Shown here: in pieces, positions 1-10,056 of the stretch
Layout of the letters: each line of letters starts with the position of its first letter
Position numbering within the stretch: the stretch's first letter is position 1
Origin: a virus
Taxonomy: Duplodnaviria > Caudoviricetes
Direction: 5' to 3' (one strand)
Virus record (IMG/VR): IMGVR_UViG_3300017784_001746
Coordinates: 1-29,938 of that record
DNA: 29,938 nt
Made by a program: the position numbers and the translations under genes
Notes under the pieces: model-generated
The model's database searches: none
What the model was told of the DNA's origin: nothing
Seen by the model: the letters and a program-made list of their open reading frames with translations, nothing else

Positions 1-1494
1 TAGGCTTTCTTCGGCCAGGGCGCGTTCAATATATGGGTCAGAGAACTTGTTCGCACGTTCCGACGTAAATGCGCGTGCCTTGTTCCACGCTTCGCGCTGT
101 GTTTTGTCAGCGAAGGCTGAAACAACAGATTTATCATCAGAGATGCCGGACAAAATAGCATCTGCGAAATTATTGAGAACACGCCGCTCAAACGGTTTGG
201 CGTCACGCGCCTCACTTAAAATAGCACTTCTAGCTTCCTGAATCTCGCGGAATGGTTCCGTGACGTTAAATCCATCAAACCGTTCAAGTTCTTTTAAAAT
301 AACATTTTTTTCTCTGCTAGACAGACCAGCAGCAAAATCAGCTACTTTTTTTCTGATTGGATATGTGCTGACAGTCATGTCTATGTCGTTGAACGGTTTC
401 CAGAGAGTGTTTTCAAACTCTCTCGTCTTATCCTTCAATTCATCAATGTGACCCCTTGCGGAATCTGAAATCTGCCCCGTGGTCCTTCCAGACGTCGGAA
501 GTTGTGCTGTCGCGGCTCTAGTTGCAACGTCTGCCGTTGCAGCCTTTACCTCATTCGCCTTATCTGCGGCGATCTCTCCGAACCTAGCTCGGTTCTGCTG
601 CATCTCCTGGCCGGCGAGAACAGGCGCGGTAATGCTTGATTCTGGAGGCAGTGCGCCAACTGCTGAAGCTTTCAATCGTGCAAGCGTTTGGGCGGCGTCT
701 TCGTTTATTTCGCCCTGGCTAGGGTTCGTAAGCTGCTTACGCAACGCCATAACTTCGTCGCTGTCGATGCCTGGAACAGGCGCTGGGTTGTTTTTTCCGA
801 TATTTAAGGCTTTTTGCCAGAGCCTCGCCGCCGTATCTTGTCCAGATTCCATGAATCTACGACCGGCGATCCTAAAACCGGTTGGCGTTAATCCTGCGGC
901 AAATCCGGCCAATGGAGAATCTGTTGTTTCCGCAACGGCATTAGAACCAACTGCTGTTGCAATCTGTTCCTTGGGGGCCGTTGCAAGGAAATCAATGATC
1001 TTTGGAGACGCTTTTTTAAGAACAGTCTTTGCCGCGCCTATTGGTGTTGCTGCCCCCATACCAACGCGCACAGACGATTCAAGCAGCTTCTCTCCCTCGT
1101 TTTGAGGTTTGGGTAATCCAACGTAATCCATTCCCTTTTGGAGTGGCTTGTCACCAAAATGGCTTGCCAGCATATTTCCGCCGATAGCGCCGGCAGCGGT
1201 TAAAAGTGGAACAACAACTGGTGCTGCTGGACCTGTAAACAAACCCAGCGCCCCGCCGGCAACTCCTCCGACCGTAGATGCGACACCTTCAGTAACCCCT
1301 GGAATGGCCCCACGCGCCACGATCCCGGCTTCGCGGCCAAGCGTTGTTGGCTCTTCACCAACTGGCGCAGCGGGGGATTCTTTACTGAGAAGACGCAATT
1401 CATCCGCAAATAACTTGGCGGATTCTTTGTCGCCGCCTTCATTGGCCTTCAGAAGAGCGTCTTCGAGTTGTCGTTTTGTATACGGAGGGGCCAT
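1..1494 (-). CDS. Putative internal virion/DNA ejection protein, 5' part (runs off the left edge)
   Basis: ATG at 1494 just after the stop of the upstream gene. Read by hand as MAPPYTKRQLEDALLKANEGGDKESAKLFADELR..., with a Gly/Ala-rich hydrophobic stretch (GGVAGGALGLFTGPAAPVVVPLLTAAGAIGG). Absent from the ORF track, presumably because no stop falls in the window. Function inferred from position. Confidence 0.65.
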   Translation of the reverse strand, partial: MAPPYTKRQLEDALLKANEGGDKESAKLFADELRLLSKESPAAPVGEEPTTLGREAGIVARGAIPGVTEGVASTVGGVAGGALGLFTGPAAPVVVPLLTAAGAIGGNMLASHFGDKPLQKGMDYVGLPKPQNEGEKLLESSVRVGMGAATPIGAAKTVLKKASPKIIDFLATAPKEQIATAVGSNAVAETTDSPLAGFAAGLTPTGFRIAGRRFMESGQDTAARLWQKALNIGKNNPAPVPGIDSDEVMALRKQLTNPSQGEINEDAAQTLARLKASAVGALPPESSITAPVLAGQEMQQNRARFGEIAADKANEVKAATADVATRAATAQLPTSGRTTGQISDSARGHIDELKDKTREFENTLWKPFNDIDMTVSTYPIRKKVADFAAGLSSREKNVILKELERFDGFNVTEPFREIQEARSAILSEARDAKPFERRVLNNFADAILSGISDDKSVVSAFADKTQREAWNKARAFTSERANKFSDPYIERALAEESL

Positions 1495-1506
1495 TATCTC
1501 TCTCAA

Positions 1507-3075
1507 TCAGTTATTATAAAGGCTCATCGCTTTAAGAACTTTGGCTTGTCTTTCCGCTTCTTCTGTTGAGGCGGCAGGAGGGTTGGTTCGTTCTGGAATG
1601 ACGTATGGGTTAGCTTTTGTCCAAAGCTCCATGGCCTCGCCCTTTGTCGTCCCAGCCTTGAACGTCAAATCACCAACAGAGAAATCTGTGTTGTTTCCTG
1701 CATAGAATTTTTTCTCCGAGAAGTCAGCGTCAAACCGTTTTCTGGCAGCAACGTCTGCGTTAAGCCTTGATAGAGCGGAAAGAAACTCAATCTTCTCTTC
1801 GTTGTTGGAGTTTGGATTAAGCATAAACTCCTGAACAAACAGAATGTCCTTATCGCTTGCTGGACCCCTTGGCAATCTAGCTAGTTGCGCCTCTTTTATG
1901 ATCTTGCCAAAATCATTCTTAACGCGAGATTCAAGGTCTTGATCACCCCACTGATTTTTCCACCATTCTTCAACCTGACCAACCCTACCTTCCGTTGGCT
2001 TAATCGATTTTATAGAGTTAATCAGGTCATCATATTTTTCTACGTTTAATCCGGCTGCTTCAGATTCGTCGAGAGCCTTGTTAACATATCGAGATGTTTC
2101 TCTGTCCAGAGGCCGGCTGTCATAAGCGAGTTTCTTTTGCTCGGCTACTTCAGCAGCCGTATCAGCGTTCTGCTTTCCGAGGGTGTTGGACATATCGGCA
2201 ATATCCAATCGCGTTTGCCTGTTGGCATCGTCACTTTTCTCATCAGAGGCAATTCGCTGATCAAGCTCATCCTGTCTCTGCTGTTGAGTCAGACCAAATT
2301 GATACGCCTGTTGCGCCCTGGCGATTCTCTTGTCGTCGATTGATTGCTCATGCTGCATCAGGTTGCCGACCAGCGCGTCCTTCGACATCTTCTCTTTCGC
2401 CCGCTGCGCCTGAACCTCACGCAACCCCTGCAAACCGGTTAGTCCGCCCTGTCCGACAGATCCGAGCGCGGTCGCGCCGGGTTGTGATGCAGCGGCCATT
2501 GTTCCGAGGGACGCTTGCAGCAGGGCCATCCATTTGTCGCGGGACGAGATTGGCGCATCAATGCCCTCGTCGGAAATCTGCTTCTTCAGATACTCCCCGT
2601 ATTTGTCAGGCTCTTCTTCTTCTTCTGGGTCTAAAGAGGCAGCTTGTTTAAACGTAAGCCCAGGCTGATTTCCGAAAAGAGAACCTCTGGTCATGCCGCC
2701 CGAACCAACGGGGCCACCTTCTTCCATATGCACGGGACCGCCACGCGCCATCTTCAATTGAGCGCCCATCTGTGCGACTTGGTTCGCCCCCTGCGCCCCG
2801 GCAGCGAGAGACTGCGACGTCTGCTGATCTGGCGTCGGAGGGGCCTCGCCGCCCATGTTGACGGCTTGCGGTGCCGCCTCTGGTTGGTTGTCCTTTTCCA
2901 TCTGCTCTTTGATCGCAGAAATGAAAGAGGGATTCATGCCCATAGGAGAGGCCTGTGGGGTCGGTTGACCCGGCGCACCTTGCTGCTGTTGCGGCTGCTG
3001 CATGGCCGCAAATCGCTGCCAGACCGTCATGCCGGGGGCAGACGGGTTCATCTGCTGTCGTGGATCGAACGGCAT
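1507..3075 (-). CDS. Putative DNA ejection/internal virion protein (522 aa)
   Basis: Q/P-rich N-terminus, MARGGPV/MEEGGPV motifs, hydrophobic segment MALLQASLGTMAAASQPGATALGSVGQGG, then charged helical region. Lies after the tail genes. Confidence 0.6.
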   Translation of the reverse strand: MPFDPRQQMNPSAPGMTVWQRFAAMQQPQQQQGAPGQPTPQASPMGMNPSFISAIKEQMEKDNQPEAAPQAVNMGGEAPPTPDQQTSQSLAAGAQGANQVAQMGAQLKMARGGPVHMEEGGPVGSGGMTRGSLFGNQPGLTFKQAASLDPEEEEEPDKYGEYLKKQISDEGIDAPISSRDKWMALLQASLGTMAAASQPGATALGSVGQGGLTGLQGLREVQAQRAKEKMSKDALVGNLMQHEQSIDDKRIARAQQAYQFGLTQQQRQDELDQRIASDEKSDDANRQTRLDIADMSNTLGKQNADTAAEVAEQKKLAYDSRPLDRETSRYVNKALDESEAAGLNVEKYDDLINSIKSIKPTEGRVGQVEEWWKNQWGDQDLESRVKNDFGKIIKEAQLARLPRGPASDKDILFVQEFMLNPNSNNEEKIEFLSALSRLNADVAARKRFDADFSEKKFYAGNNTDFSVGDLTFKAGTTKGEAMELWTKANPYVIPERTNPPAASTEEAERQAKVLKAMSLYNN

Positions 3076-4845
3076 TTAAGCGACCCTTTCAAACATTCCA
3101 AGACCGCGCTTGGGAGTGTCCCCGTAGCGGGCCTTTTTAAGCGAACCCTTTCTGATTGGTCCGCCCTTAGCTCTGCCGAGCAAGTTGGCCCCGGCGATAA
3201 TAGATCCGGCAGCGCCGGCTACCTGACCAAGCGTCGATGGGCCTGGGGCCGTGGTTGTCCCTGCCCCTGTCGTCGTCCCGCCGCCCTGCCCGCCCGACAT
3301 AAGGGCGTTACCGCTTGCACCGACCTGATTGATGATGGCCGTGTTGCCTGTCGCGAGCCGGCGCTGTTCGGCGTCGATCTCCGCTTGGGTTCTGGACTGT
3401 TGTCCAATGCCGACGTTCTGTTGGGCGTTTGCTTGGCCGAGGGCCAAGTCCTGCGTGGTTGTGGCAAGGCCTTGGTTGGCCGTACCCGCTGCAATTTGCC
3501 CCGCTGCTCCCGCCGCAGCCGAGCCAACCCTGGCTTGACCAAGACCGGCGTAATTCTGACCAAGACCGGCGTATCCCTGCCCCTGGTCGAGTTGAGCCTG
3601 ACCAAGGCTTGTAAGGCCTTGACCTATCCCGACCTGACCTTGTCCGGCGGCAAGAACACGCGCCAAATCGGCTTGTGATGCCTGGATGTTTGATTGACCA
3701 ATGCTGGAAAGCCCTTGTGCGGCGGCGATTTGCCGAGCGGCGTCATTCGCGCTCAATCCGGCGTAGGTGGAACCAAGGCTCCCGAGGCCGCTACCAGCGC
3801 CCTGTAGGATTTGCTGTTGAGACGTGCCAAGTCCGCCGGCAGTTCCCGCCAATTGGGCCTGTCTTGCCGCATCCGCGCCGTAAAGCTGACCCGCCTGACC
3901 GTAGCCTTGCTGTAGAACTTGCGCCTGTTGCCCGAGGACAGATTCATTGGTGTCTCGCACCGCACGACCGATAAGGTCGCGCTGACGTGTGCTGCCGTAC
4001 CCCCCGGCTCGAACGAAATCATCGCTGATTTGTGGCAGCAGGTTCTCACTCAGATTTCGCGCCCCAAGTTGGGCGATTCTATTGGTAACCCCCTCGTTGT
4101 AAGGGTTCATGTAGGCTGCGGCTTGTTGCGGAAATGAACCACTTGCCGCTTGAAGGTATGGAGACGCCGCCGCCAACCCAGTGGGGTTAGTAGACGCCCC
4201 GTAAAGGCTCTGTGCTTGCGCTCCATACGGTTGGAACTGCGCGGTTGTGTCGACGTCGCCGGCACGCTCGAAACGCCCCGTAGCGGCGTTGAATTGCTCC
4301 TGGCCGGCAGCGCCAGACTTCCCGGCGGCGGCTCTGTCAAAGAACCCGCCGGCCTGACCGTAGGCGCTTCCGGCGGCTCCGTAGGTGTCTCCGGCACTGC
4401 CGAAAGACCCAGCGGCCTGACCGTAAGACCCTTCGGCTTGACCGAAGTTGCGATTACCGGCTCCGGCGATATCTGTCGCGGCGGCTGCGTTATAGCCAAG
4501 TCCTGCTTGCTGTAAAAGCGGAGAGACGTTGATGCCGCGAACGCTTCGTCCGGCAGCGTCGATGTCTGCGTTGCTTCCGGCGGTGAGAGGTTGATCTACC
4601 GCACCTGGGGAACGCCAACCGGAGGCAAGCGGATTGCTGTTCGCAATGTACCTGCCGGCCATTGGATGCGGAGATCCATCCGGCATTTTCGCTTCGCGAG
4701 GAATCCACGTCGACCCGTAAACTTCTGGAACGCGACCGGCCTGATCGATCAGCGAACCGCTGACGCTATCGCGCCACGCCTGAGTTGTTGGGTCAGGCGT
4801 TGTGGTGTTGGTTTGCTGGACGTAAGTCGTCTGTGGAGATGCCAT
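3076..4845 (-). CDS. Putative DNA pilot/ejection protein (589 aa, A/G/Q-rich)
   Basis: YMNPYNEGV...AGGYGSTRQ...QQGYGQA segment, 7-residue repeats, C-terminal PSTLGQVAGAAGSIIAG followed by RAKGGPI. Composition resembles podophage DNA-transfer proteins. Confidence 0.6.
   Translation of the reverse strand: MASPQTTYVQQTNTTTPDPTTQAWRDSVSGSLIDQAGRVPEVYGSTWIPREAKMPDGSPHPMAGRYIANSNPLASGWRSPGAVDQPLTAGSNADIDAAGRSVRGINVSPLLQQAGLGYNAAAATDIAGAGNRNFGQAEGSYGQAAGSFGSAGDTYGAAGSAYGQAGGFFDRAAAGKSGAAGQEQFNAATGRFERAGDVDTTAQFQPYGAQAQSLYGASTNPTGLAAASPYLQAASGSFPQQAAAYMNPYNEGVTNRIAQLGARNLSENLLPQISDDFVRAGGYGSTRQRDLIGRAVRDTNESVLGQQAQVLQQGYGQAGQLYGADAARQAQLAGTAGGLGTSQQQILQGAGSGLGSLGSTYAGLSANDAARQIAAAQGLSSIGQSNIQASQADLARVLAAGQGQVGIGQGLTSLGQAQLDQGQGYAGLGQNYAGLGQARVGSAAAGAAGQIAAGTANQGLATTTQDLALGQANAQQNVGIGQQSRTQAEIDAEQRRLATGNTAIINQVGASGNALMSGGQGGGTTTGAGTTTAPGPSTLGQVAGAAGSIIAGANLLGRAKGGPIRKGSLKKARYGDTPKRGLGMFERVA
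3536..3573 (-). repeat. Short coding tandem repeat, 21-bp period
   Basis: tgaccaagaccggcgta occurs at 3536 and 3557, encoding YAGLGQ twice. Confidence 0.8.
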
Positions 4846-4856
4846 GTGTTTAACTC

Positions 4857-5969
4857 CTACGCGGCCAATCCGAGGCCGCGTTTATTCCCGCGCTTCATCG
4901 GTGAGGTCGGGCTTTTTGGGTTCTTGCGCCCAGCATTCTTACGAATGGTTTGCTTGATCTTTTCGACAACCGCTTGCCCTGCTTCATTATCGCCGGGACG
5001 GCCTATGAGCGAACCAGCATCAGATACGGTCGCTGCGTCAAGAACGTGTTCGCCGTCAGAAAGCATCGCAGGGATATCGTCACTAGTTCCGGTTCCTGGC
5101 CCACTAATTCGTCCTCCTCCGCGTGCGTTGACGTATCCCCAACGCGATGCGTTGAGGAGTTCCTCTTGTGGCGCACCAAGCCCAACCTCGCCGCCTTCCG
5201 CGTACCCGTTGGCGTACTGCTGAGATAAGGCAGACATAGCGTTAGGGTCTAGGCCTTGTTGTTGGGTAGAGGGATCTTGAGACGGCGTCGGTGGCGCACG
5301 TCGACCAATCCCGTAGTTGTAGTCGTCAGAATACCGGGCGACGTAAGGTGCCATCTGCGGGACTTGGAACCCCGGCGGCGGTCCCTTGCTGCTGCCCGCT
5401 TTCGGTTGGAACGCACTCAGCGCCGGCCCAGCGGCCATGCTTGCAGCCGCTCCTGGGGCAACAGATGCGAGGCTACCCATGTTGGTCAGCGTTTGACCAA
5501 TGCCTGGGTTTGCTCCGGTAAATGCTCCTGATCCTGCACCAGTAAACGGCCCGGTGACCTGAGCCAGATTACCCGCCAACTGGTTCCCCGTCGTGGTGGC
5601 GATGTCTAGGCCGCGCACACCGCTGGCGTAGTTGCCAATCCCAGCCGTGAGGCCAGCCGTAGCTCCACCAATGGCCGCTTGCTTCCACGACCCCCCGGTT
5701 AGCTTTGTTGCCGCCGCGTTGGCGGCAGCAGCGCCGGCAGGGCCTCCGTACATGAAGCCAACTGACGTCGCGGCCACCCTGGCGACCGCCTTCAGAATCT
5801 TCCCGAACATGCCGTATTCCGGCAAGCCGGTATGGGGATTTACCCTGCGCCCGCCCTGCAAACCATCCATCAGGGCCGCTTCGTCTGGCGTGATGTGGGC
5901 GAGCGTCTTGTCTTCGCCGCGACCGTATTCGCCAATCTGTCTAGCCGCCTCAACAAGTCCCATTGTCAT
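4857..5969 (-). CDS. Putative ejection/internal virion protein (370 aa)
   Basis: N-terminal GRGEDKTLAHITPDEAALM..GG..VNPHTGLPEY motif, Gly/Ala hydrophobic segments, and C-terminal GPGTGTSDDIPAMLSDGEHV motif. Confidence 0.65.
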   Translation of the reverse strand: MTMGLVEAARQIGEYGRGEDKTLAHITPDEAALMDGLQGGRRVNPHTGLPEYGMFGKILKAVARVAATSVGFMYGGPAGAAAANAAATKLTGGSWKQAAIGGATAGLTAGIGNYASGVRGLDIATTTGNQLAGNLAQVTGPFTGAGSGAFTGANPGIGQTLTNMGSLASVAPGAAASMAAGPALSAFQPKAGSSKGPPPGFQVPQMAPYVARYSDDYNYGIGRRAPPTPSQDPSTQQQGLDPNAMSALSQQYANGYAEGGEVGLGAPQEELLNASRWGYVNARGGGRISGPGTGTSDDIPAMLSDGEHVLDAATVSDAGSLIGRPGDNEAGQAVVEKIKQTIRKNAGRKNPKSPTSPMKRGNKRGLGLAA

Positions 5970-6217
5970 GACACTGCACTCAATGATTCATTGAACCGCC
6001 GCGCCCAATCTTGCCAGTTTGAGAACTCATACGGATTGGGGACTACCATACCACTAAGAGAGGAAAGATGGGATAGGTTAGCGCCCCACCCCTGCCACTC
6101 TTCTTCACGGTTAATTGAAGGAATAAGGCCGAAACTGCCCAGATTTATGTGCATGGCGTCGGTCCATTCCTTCGCCGTCATATTGACCGGGTCAATGGTT
6201 GATAGGCCATGGCTCAT
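5966..6217 (-). CDS. Small Trp-rich hypothetical virion-module protein (83 aa)
   Basis: ATG at 6217 overlaps the upstream stop (ATGA), and its own stop overlaps the next start. Contains EEEWQGWG and PNPYEFSNWQDWA. Confidence 0.7.
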   Translation of the reverse strand: MSHGLSTIDPVNMTAKEWTDAMHINLGSFGLIPSINREEEWQGWGANLSHLSSLSGMVVPNPYEFSNWQDWARRFNESLSAVS

Positions 6218-7764
6218 GAGGTGATCCTGTCGTCGCCGGAGCGGCATTGGGCGAGCGTAACGCCCATTTCGTAGTTTCCGCCGACCGTATTGCTCTCAAA
6301 CCTGATGCGCGGTTGGCGGCGCTGTTCACGCAGGTAAACAACTTGATCGGCGGACGATGTGGCCGTCGCCGGGAAGGTTACGGGCGTGCTTGTGGCGTCT
6401 GGCGCACGGGCATTGGACCGAGATCCTGTGATCTGAACGCTCATGTCGCCGGCCTGAATAAAATCAGGCTCGATGTAGTCGACGTAGATCGACTTATTCG
6501 TCGGGGTCTGAAGCTCGGCTCCAAAGAAAAAGCTGCTCTCGAAGTAAGATTGGATGGCCCTGACATCAGAACCATCGATCTCATCTGTGCCGAACTCTAA
6601 TTCCCATAACTTGTATTTAGAAGTCGATGCGTCGAGATCGACGCCCGTCACCAACGGCCTACGGAACACTCTGGCGAACTGCGCTGCGGACAAACCTCCG
6701 TTTGGCAACTGCACATCGTACCAGACACCATATCCAAACATCCGCGAGAGGCGGACGTTGTATATGACTGCGTGTGTGCATTCGGTCGCTGAACCACGGG
6801 GGTAGCACCACCATATCTCACCCCAGCGAGGGATTTTGAAGGCGAACACTTTTTGCGAATGGTCGTAATTCAAATTGTCGTAGAACCAATTTGAGTTCAT
6901 GCTGTTTTCGACTTCCTGGATCACGCCATTAAAGCTCATGAAATGGTCGATCCCAGGCCAGTAGTAGATGCCGTCGTACTCGATGATCGCCTGAGAAGAC
7001 AACAGGCTGTACGCAGAGGTGATGTTGTCGAAGTTCCACGTCGCTGTTCCGCCGATAAACGTCATGCGGACAAGCGCCTCGACGCCCCAGATCAAACCAG
7101 ACGGCCCGTTACCTGCTCCGGCGCGGATTGGAAGACCGAACACAAGCTTTGACGCGGTTGGGCGAACAGACTGCCACGCCGCCGTAACGTCGTTGACGGT
7201 TCCGGTGTAGTTGATGACTCCATCGTGATCGTAGCTAACCGCGTATGGACCGAGTGCGAACGTGCCGCCAGCCACGCTTGGTGAGGCCGTCGCCGTGAGC
7301 GCGGCAACTCCTGTGACGTCGCCAAAATATACAGGCGTCTGCGTTGAACTGGTGATTTCAGCCATGTTGGGGGCGGCGTGAGCAAGAAGAACAGAAGTCG
7401 TCAGCGTGGCCTGATACAACAGGTCGAATTGCCAGAGGTTATTGCTTGAGGCGGCAAACCCGACAGGCGTCCTATCCGTAATGGCAGATACGTTCCCAAG
7501 ACTGTCGAGAATGAACCGTTCAAGACCAGATGCCCAACCTGCGTGGGCGTATGTGTTTTGATCGTTGTTGTAGACGTGCAGTCCGCGAGTGACGCCGGAA
7601 AGCTCATTGCTCAGTCGTTTGTAGCCGCCCATTTTGCGCGGCAAACCGGCCTTCAGTTGGTATCGGCACCACTGATTGTCGATGTAATTGTCGCTTTCCA
7701 GGGTCGTGCCGTCACGCTTGCACCCCGGTTTCGCCGCGACATTGATTGGAACGAGATCAACCAA
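6214..7764 (-). CDS. Putative tail nozzle / packaged-DNA stabilization protein (P22 gp10-like role)
   Basis: 516 aa, aromatic and beta-rich, with motifs PRKMGGY and WGEIWWCYPRGSATECTHAVIYN. Lies between adaptor/fibre genes and ejection genes. Confidence 0.6.
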   Translation of the reverse strand: MVDLVPINVAAKPGCKRDGTTLESDNYIDNQWCRYQLKAGLPRKMGGYKRLSNELSGVTRGLHVYNNDQNTYAHAGWASGLERFILDSLGNVSAITDRTPVGFAASSNNLWQFDLLYQATLTTSVLLAHAAPNMAEITSSTQTPVYFGDVTGVAALTATASPSVAGGTFALGPYAVSYDHDGVINYTGTVNDVTAAWQSVRPTASKLVFGLPIRAGAGNGPSGLIWGVEALVRMTFIGGTATWNFDNITSAYSLLSSQAIIEYDGIYYWPGIDHFMSFNGVIQEVENSMNSNWFYDNLNYDHSQKVFAFKIPRWGEIWWCYPRGSATECTHAVIYNVRLSRMFGYGVWYDVQLPNGGLSAAQFARVFRRPLVTGVDLDASTSKYKLWELEFGTDEIDGSDVRAIQSYFESSFFFGAELQTPTNKSIYVDYIEPDFIQAGDMSVQITGSRSNARAPDATSTPVTFPATATSSADQVVYLREQRRQPRIRFESNTVGGNYEMGVTLAQCRSGDDRITS

Positions 7765-8923
7765 GGAACAGCGCCTGTGTGAATGAATAGAGCGTGCTGG
7801 GGACGTTCAAACCGGCTTGCGCCGTTGCTTGCGTCGTCCCGCCGGTTCCGCCGTCTGAAACGCTAAGTGGTGTTGTCAATCCAAGAGTCTCTGCGTTAAC
7901 GACAATAGAGCCATCGCAATACAGAATAGCGCGGTTTGCCGCCCCGGTTCCGTCGTTGGTCATCTCGACGCCTGGGGTGGTTTGCGTGGATGTACGCACA
8001 CCAAAAGTGAAAGCACCCGTTGTCGAGTTGTTGACCCAGAACTGTTGCTGAGTGAACGGAAGGATAATGTTGATTGGGCCGGCGATTGCCCCCGTGAACT
8101 TAACCGCCGTTTTGTTCAACTCCGCGCCGCTCAGAGTGTAGGTTCCGCTTAAACCTGCCAGACTGATAGTGGTGTAACTGAATGCGTAGTCTGCGCTCTG
8201 ACCAAATCCGAGCGTGAACATGTTGGTGGCGTTTGTCGTAACAACGCACGCATCTCCTGGGTTCAGCGTTTTTGTCGCGGCACCGTCGATAGTCCCGGTT
8301 GGCGGCGTCAGAATAAGCGCCCCGGTTCCTTGGTTGGCGATGTTGGTGAACCAACCGGTGGTCAGCGTTGCCAATGCGGAGAAGTTGAATATTCCAGCGC
8401 CGCCGGTCCACGTCACAAACGCGGCTCTATGCGCGATGGTTAAGGTTTGCGGCGTCGTGCTGAATGTAAACTGAGGGTACTCTTGGTTCAGCGTTGTCGT
8501 GATGGCCTTGATGCCAAGACCAGCCAGTGTTGCCGCCGCCGCCCCAGACACGCTAGCACCGGCTTGATAACTGTAATACGCCCCAGAGGCGGTGGTGTTG
8601 CTGGTGTTGTAAATCGACCAGACCGACCCTGCCGACGCGGTTAGGATCGTTGATCCGCCATTGTCTAAAATGGTGAATGCGTTTGATCCGATATTGTTGA
8701 AGACAGCGTTGTAGCCTACCGAAATCTGGTTTGCTGGAGGAAGCGTGAATGTCAACGATGTGGCCGTCATGGTGACGTCGTTTATCGCGGCGACTATGTT
8801 GTTGCTAGCCGCAGCCTCAATCGGCCAAACCGAGGTGATGTTTGAGGATGACGTGTAGGCCTTGTAGCTCGGTTGCGCCTGATCGAGCGTTCCGCCGCCG
8901 AAAACTTGCGTATAGCTGGTCAT
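7757..8923 (-). CDS. Putative tail fibre/virion structural protein (388 aa, Thr-rich)
   Basis: Repeated beta-rich modules (LTFTLPPA..ISVGY..VFNNIG; FNFSALATLTTGWFTNIANQG) and the fibre-type motif LSVSDGGTGGTTQATAQAGL. Confidence 0.65.
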   Translation of the reverse strand: MTSYTQVFGGGTLDQAQPSYKAYTSSSNITSVWPIEAAASNNIVAAINDVTMTATSLTFTLPPANQISVGYNAVFNNIGSNAFTILDNGGSTILTASAGSVWSIYNTSNTTASGAYYSYQAGASVSGAAAATLAGLGIKAITTTLNQEYPQFTFSTTPQTLTIAHRAAFVTWTGGAGIFNFSALATLTTGWFTNIANQGTGALILTPPTGTIDGAATKTLNPGDACVVTTNATNMFTLGFGQSADYAFSYTTISLAGLSGTYTLSGAELNKTAVKFTGAIAGPINIILPFTQQQFWVNNSTTGAFTFGVRTSTQTTPGVEMTNDGTGAANRAILYCDGSIVVNAETLGLTTPLSVSDGGTGGTTQATAQAGLNVPSTLYSFTQALFLG

Positions 8924-9582
8924 GCGTTATTCCTTTTCTGGGCGCGGTCGAGGATCTTCTGCAAGTCCTCACCAGAAAGACCCGCCATGTCGCGGTCATA
9001 TTGCGCCGACCAAGAAGCGGCTTGCTCTTGGTTCTTTAGGTAGGTGAAGGCCTCGACCAGCGTACCGTGCAGTAGTGCATTTGGGGCGTACTCGGTGATC
9101 CAATTGGTTTGGTTGCTGCTGTCCAACAGTACCGGAAGTTCCCAGAAGTTGATTTCAAAAGGATTGGTATCAGCCGGCGTCGGAACGATCAGATAGTTGT
9201 TGTAGTTGTAGTCTGCGTAGAACTTCGGCGTTCCCGTCAAAGTGTCGTTCGGCCAATACGACCGGCAGTATTCATACGAGCGCGGCAAGAGCGTGACGCG
9301 CTGGTTGTAGGTTGTTGCCGTCGAAAGGTTGGTGCCGACGTTGATGCTGATCGTCTCGCGCCACCGCGCCGGTTTGGGATACACTCCGAGAGACGTCTGG
9401 AACGCTGCCGTCACGTTGTTGATAAAGCCCTGGATCTTCAGTTCGCGGGCAATCTGCCGCTCCCGAAGGTTTATGAACCCAGGTAGTTGCGTGTTGAAGT
9501 CAGCGTCAGTAGTCGATCCGCCGCGCTCGCAATACGAGATGACGTCATCTTGCAAACTGGCGAATGTCATTGCGGTCGGCAT
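8920..9582 (-). CDS. Putative head-tail adaptor protein (220 aa)
   Basis: MTFASLQDDVISY..., LPGFINLRE, GTPKFYA, IVPTP and TNWITEYAPNALLHGTLVEA pattern typical of podophage adaptor proteins. Confidence 0.7.
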   Translation of the reverse strand: MPTAMTFASLQDDVISYCERGGSTTDADFNTQLPGFINLRERQIARELKIQGFINNVTAAFQTSLGVYPKPARWRETISINVGTNLSTATTYNQRVTLLPRSYEYCRSYWPNDTLTGTPKFYADYNYNNYLIVPTPADTNPFEINFWELPVLLDSSNQTNWITEYAPNALLHGTLVEAFTYLKNQEQAASWSAQYDRDMAGLSGEDLQKILDRAQKRNNA

Positions 9583-9585
9583 GGG

Positions 9586-10053
9586 TTATCCGTTCGGCCA
9601 CGCGGCGATGATGGCGGTTCGCTCACCGGCAGTGATGATTGTTTTATTCTGCAACACAGCGAGCGCAAACGCCGTTTTCGTCTTATCGAAAGTGGTCGAC
9701 TTGACGAACCTCTGGTTGATCGAGAACACGAGATCGTCCGCGCTTGACGCAAGCGCACGCATGACGGCACCGAACCGCGTTGCGCCGACCGTGCCGCCGC
9801 CGAACCCGGTTTCGCAGGTTTCTTGGAAGCCGGATGCGGACAGTATCGCGGGCGTCAGCGTGACGACGATGACCGGATTGGTCGCAGTGCCGTTGCCGTT
9901 GTCGACCGCGCCATGACGCAATGGTTCACCGTTTGTGTCGGTCGCGGGGCATGACGTGATGGGAAACGGAAAACGCAACTGAACCGTCGCAAGATCAGGA
10001 CCGGTCGTAACGTCGAGCCACTTGCCGTCTAGTAACCTTCCGAAGGTCGCCAT
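9586..10053 (-). CDS. Hypothetical protein, possibly fibre-associated/assembly factor (155 aa)
   Basis: Tightly packed ORF directly after the glycine-rich fibre gene. C-terminus IITAGERTAIIAAWP. Confidence 0.55.
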   Translation of the reverse strand: MATFGRLLDGKWLDVTTGPDLATVQLRFPFPITSCPATDTNGEPLRHGAVDNGNGTATNPVIVVTLTPAILSASGFQETCETGFGGGTVGATRFGAVMRALASSADDLVFSINQRFVKSTTFDKTKTAFALAVLQNKTIITAGERTAIIAAWPNG

Positions 10054-10056
10054 TTC

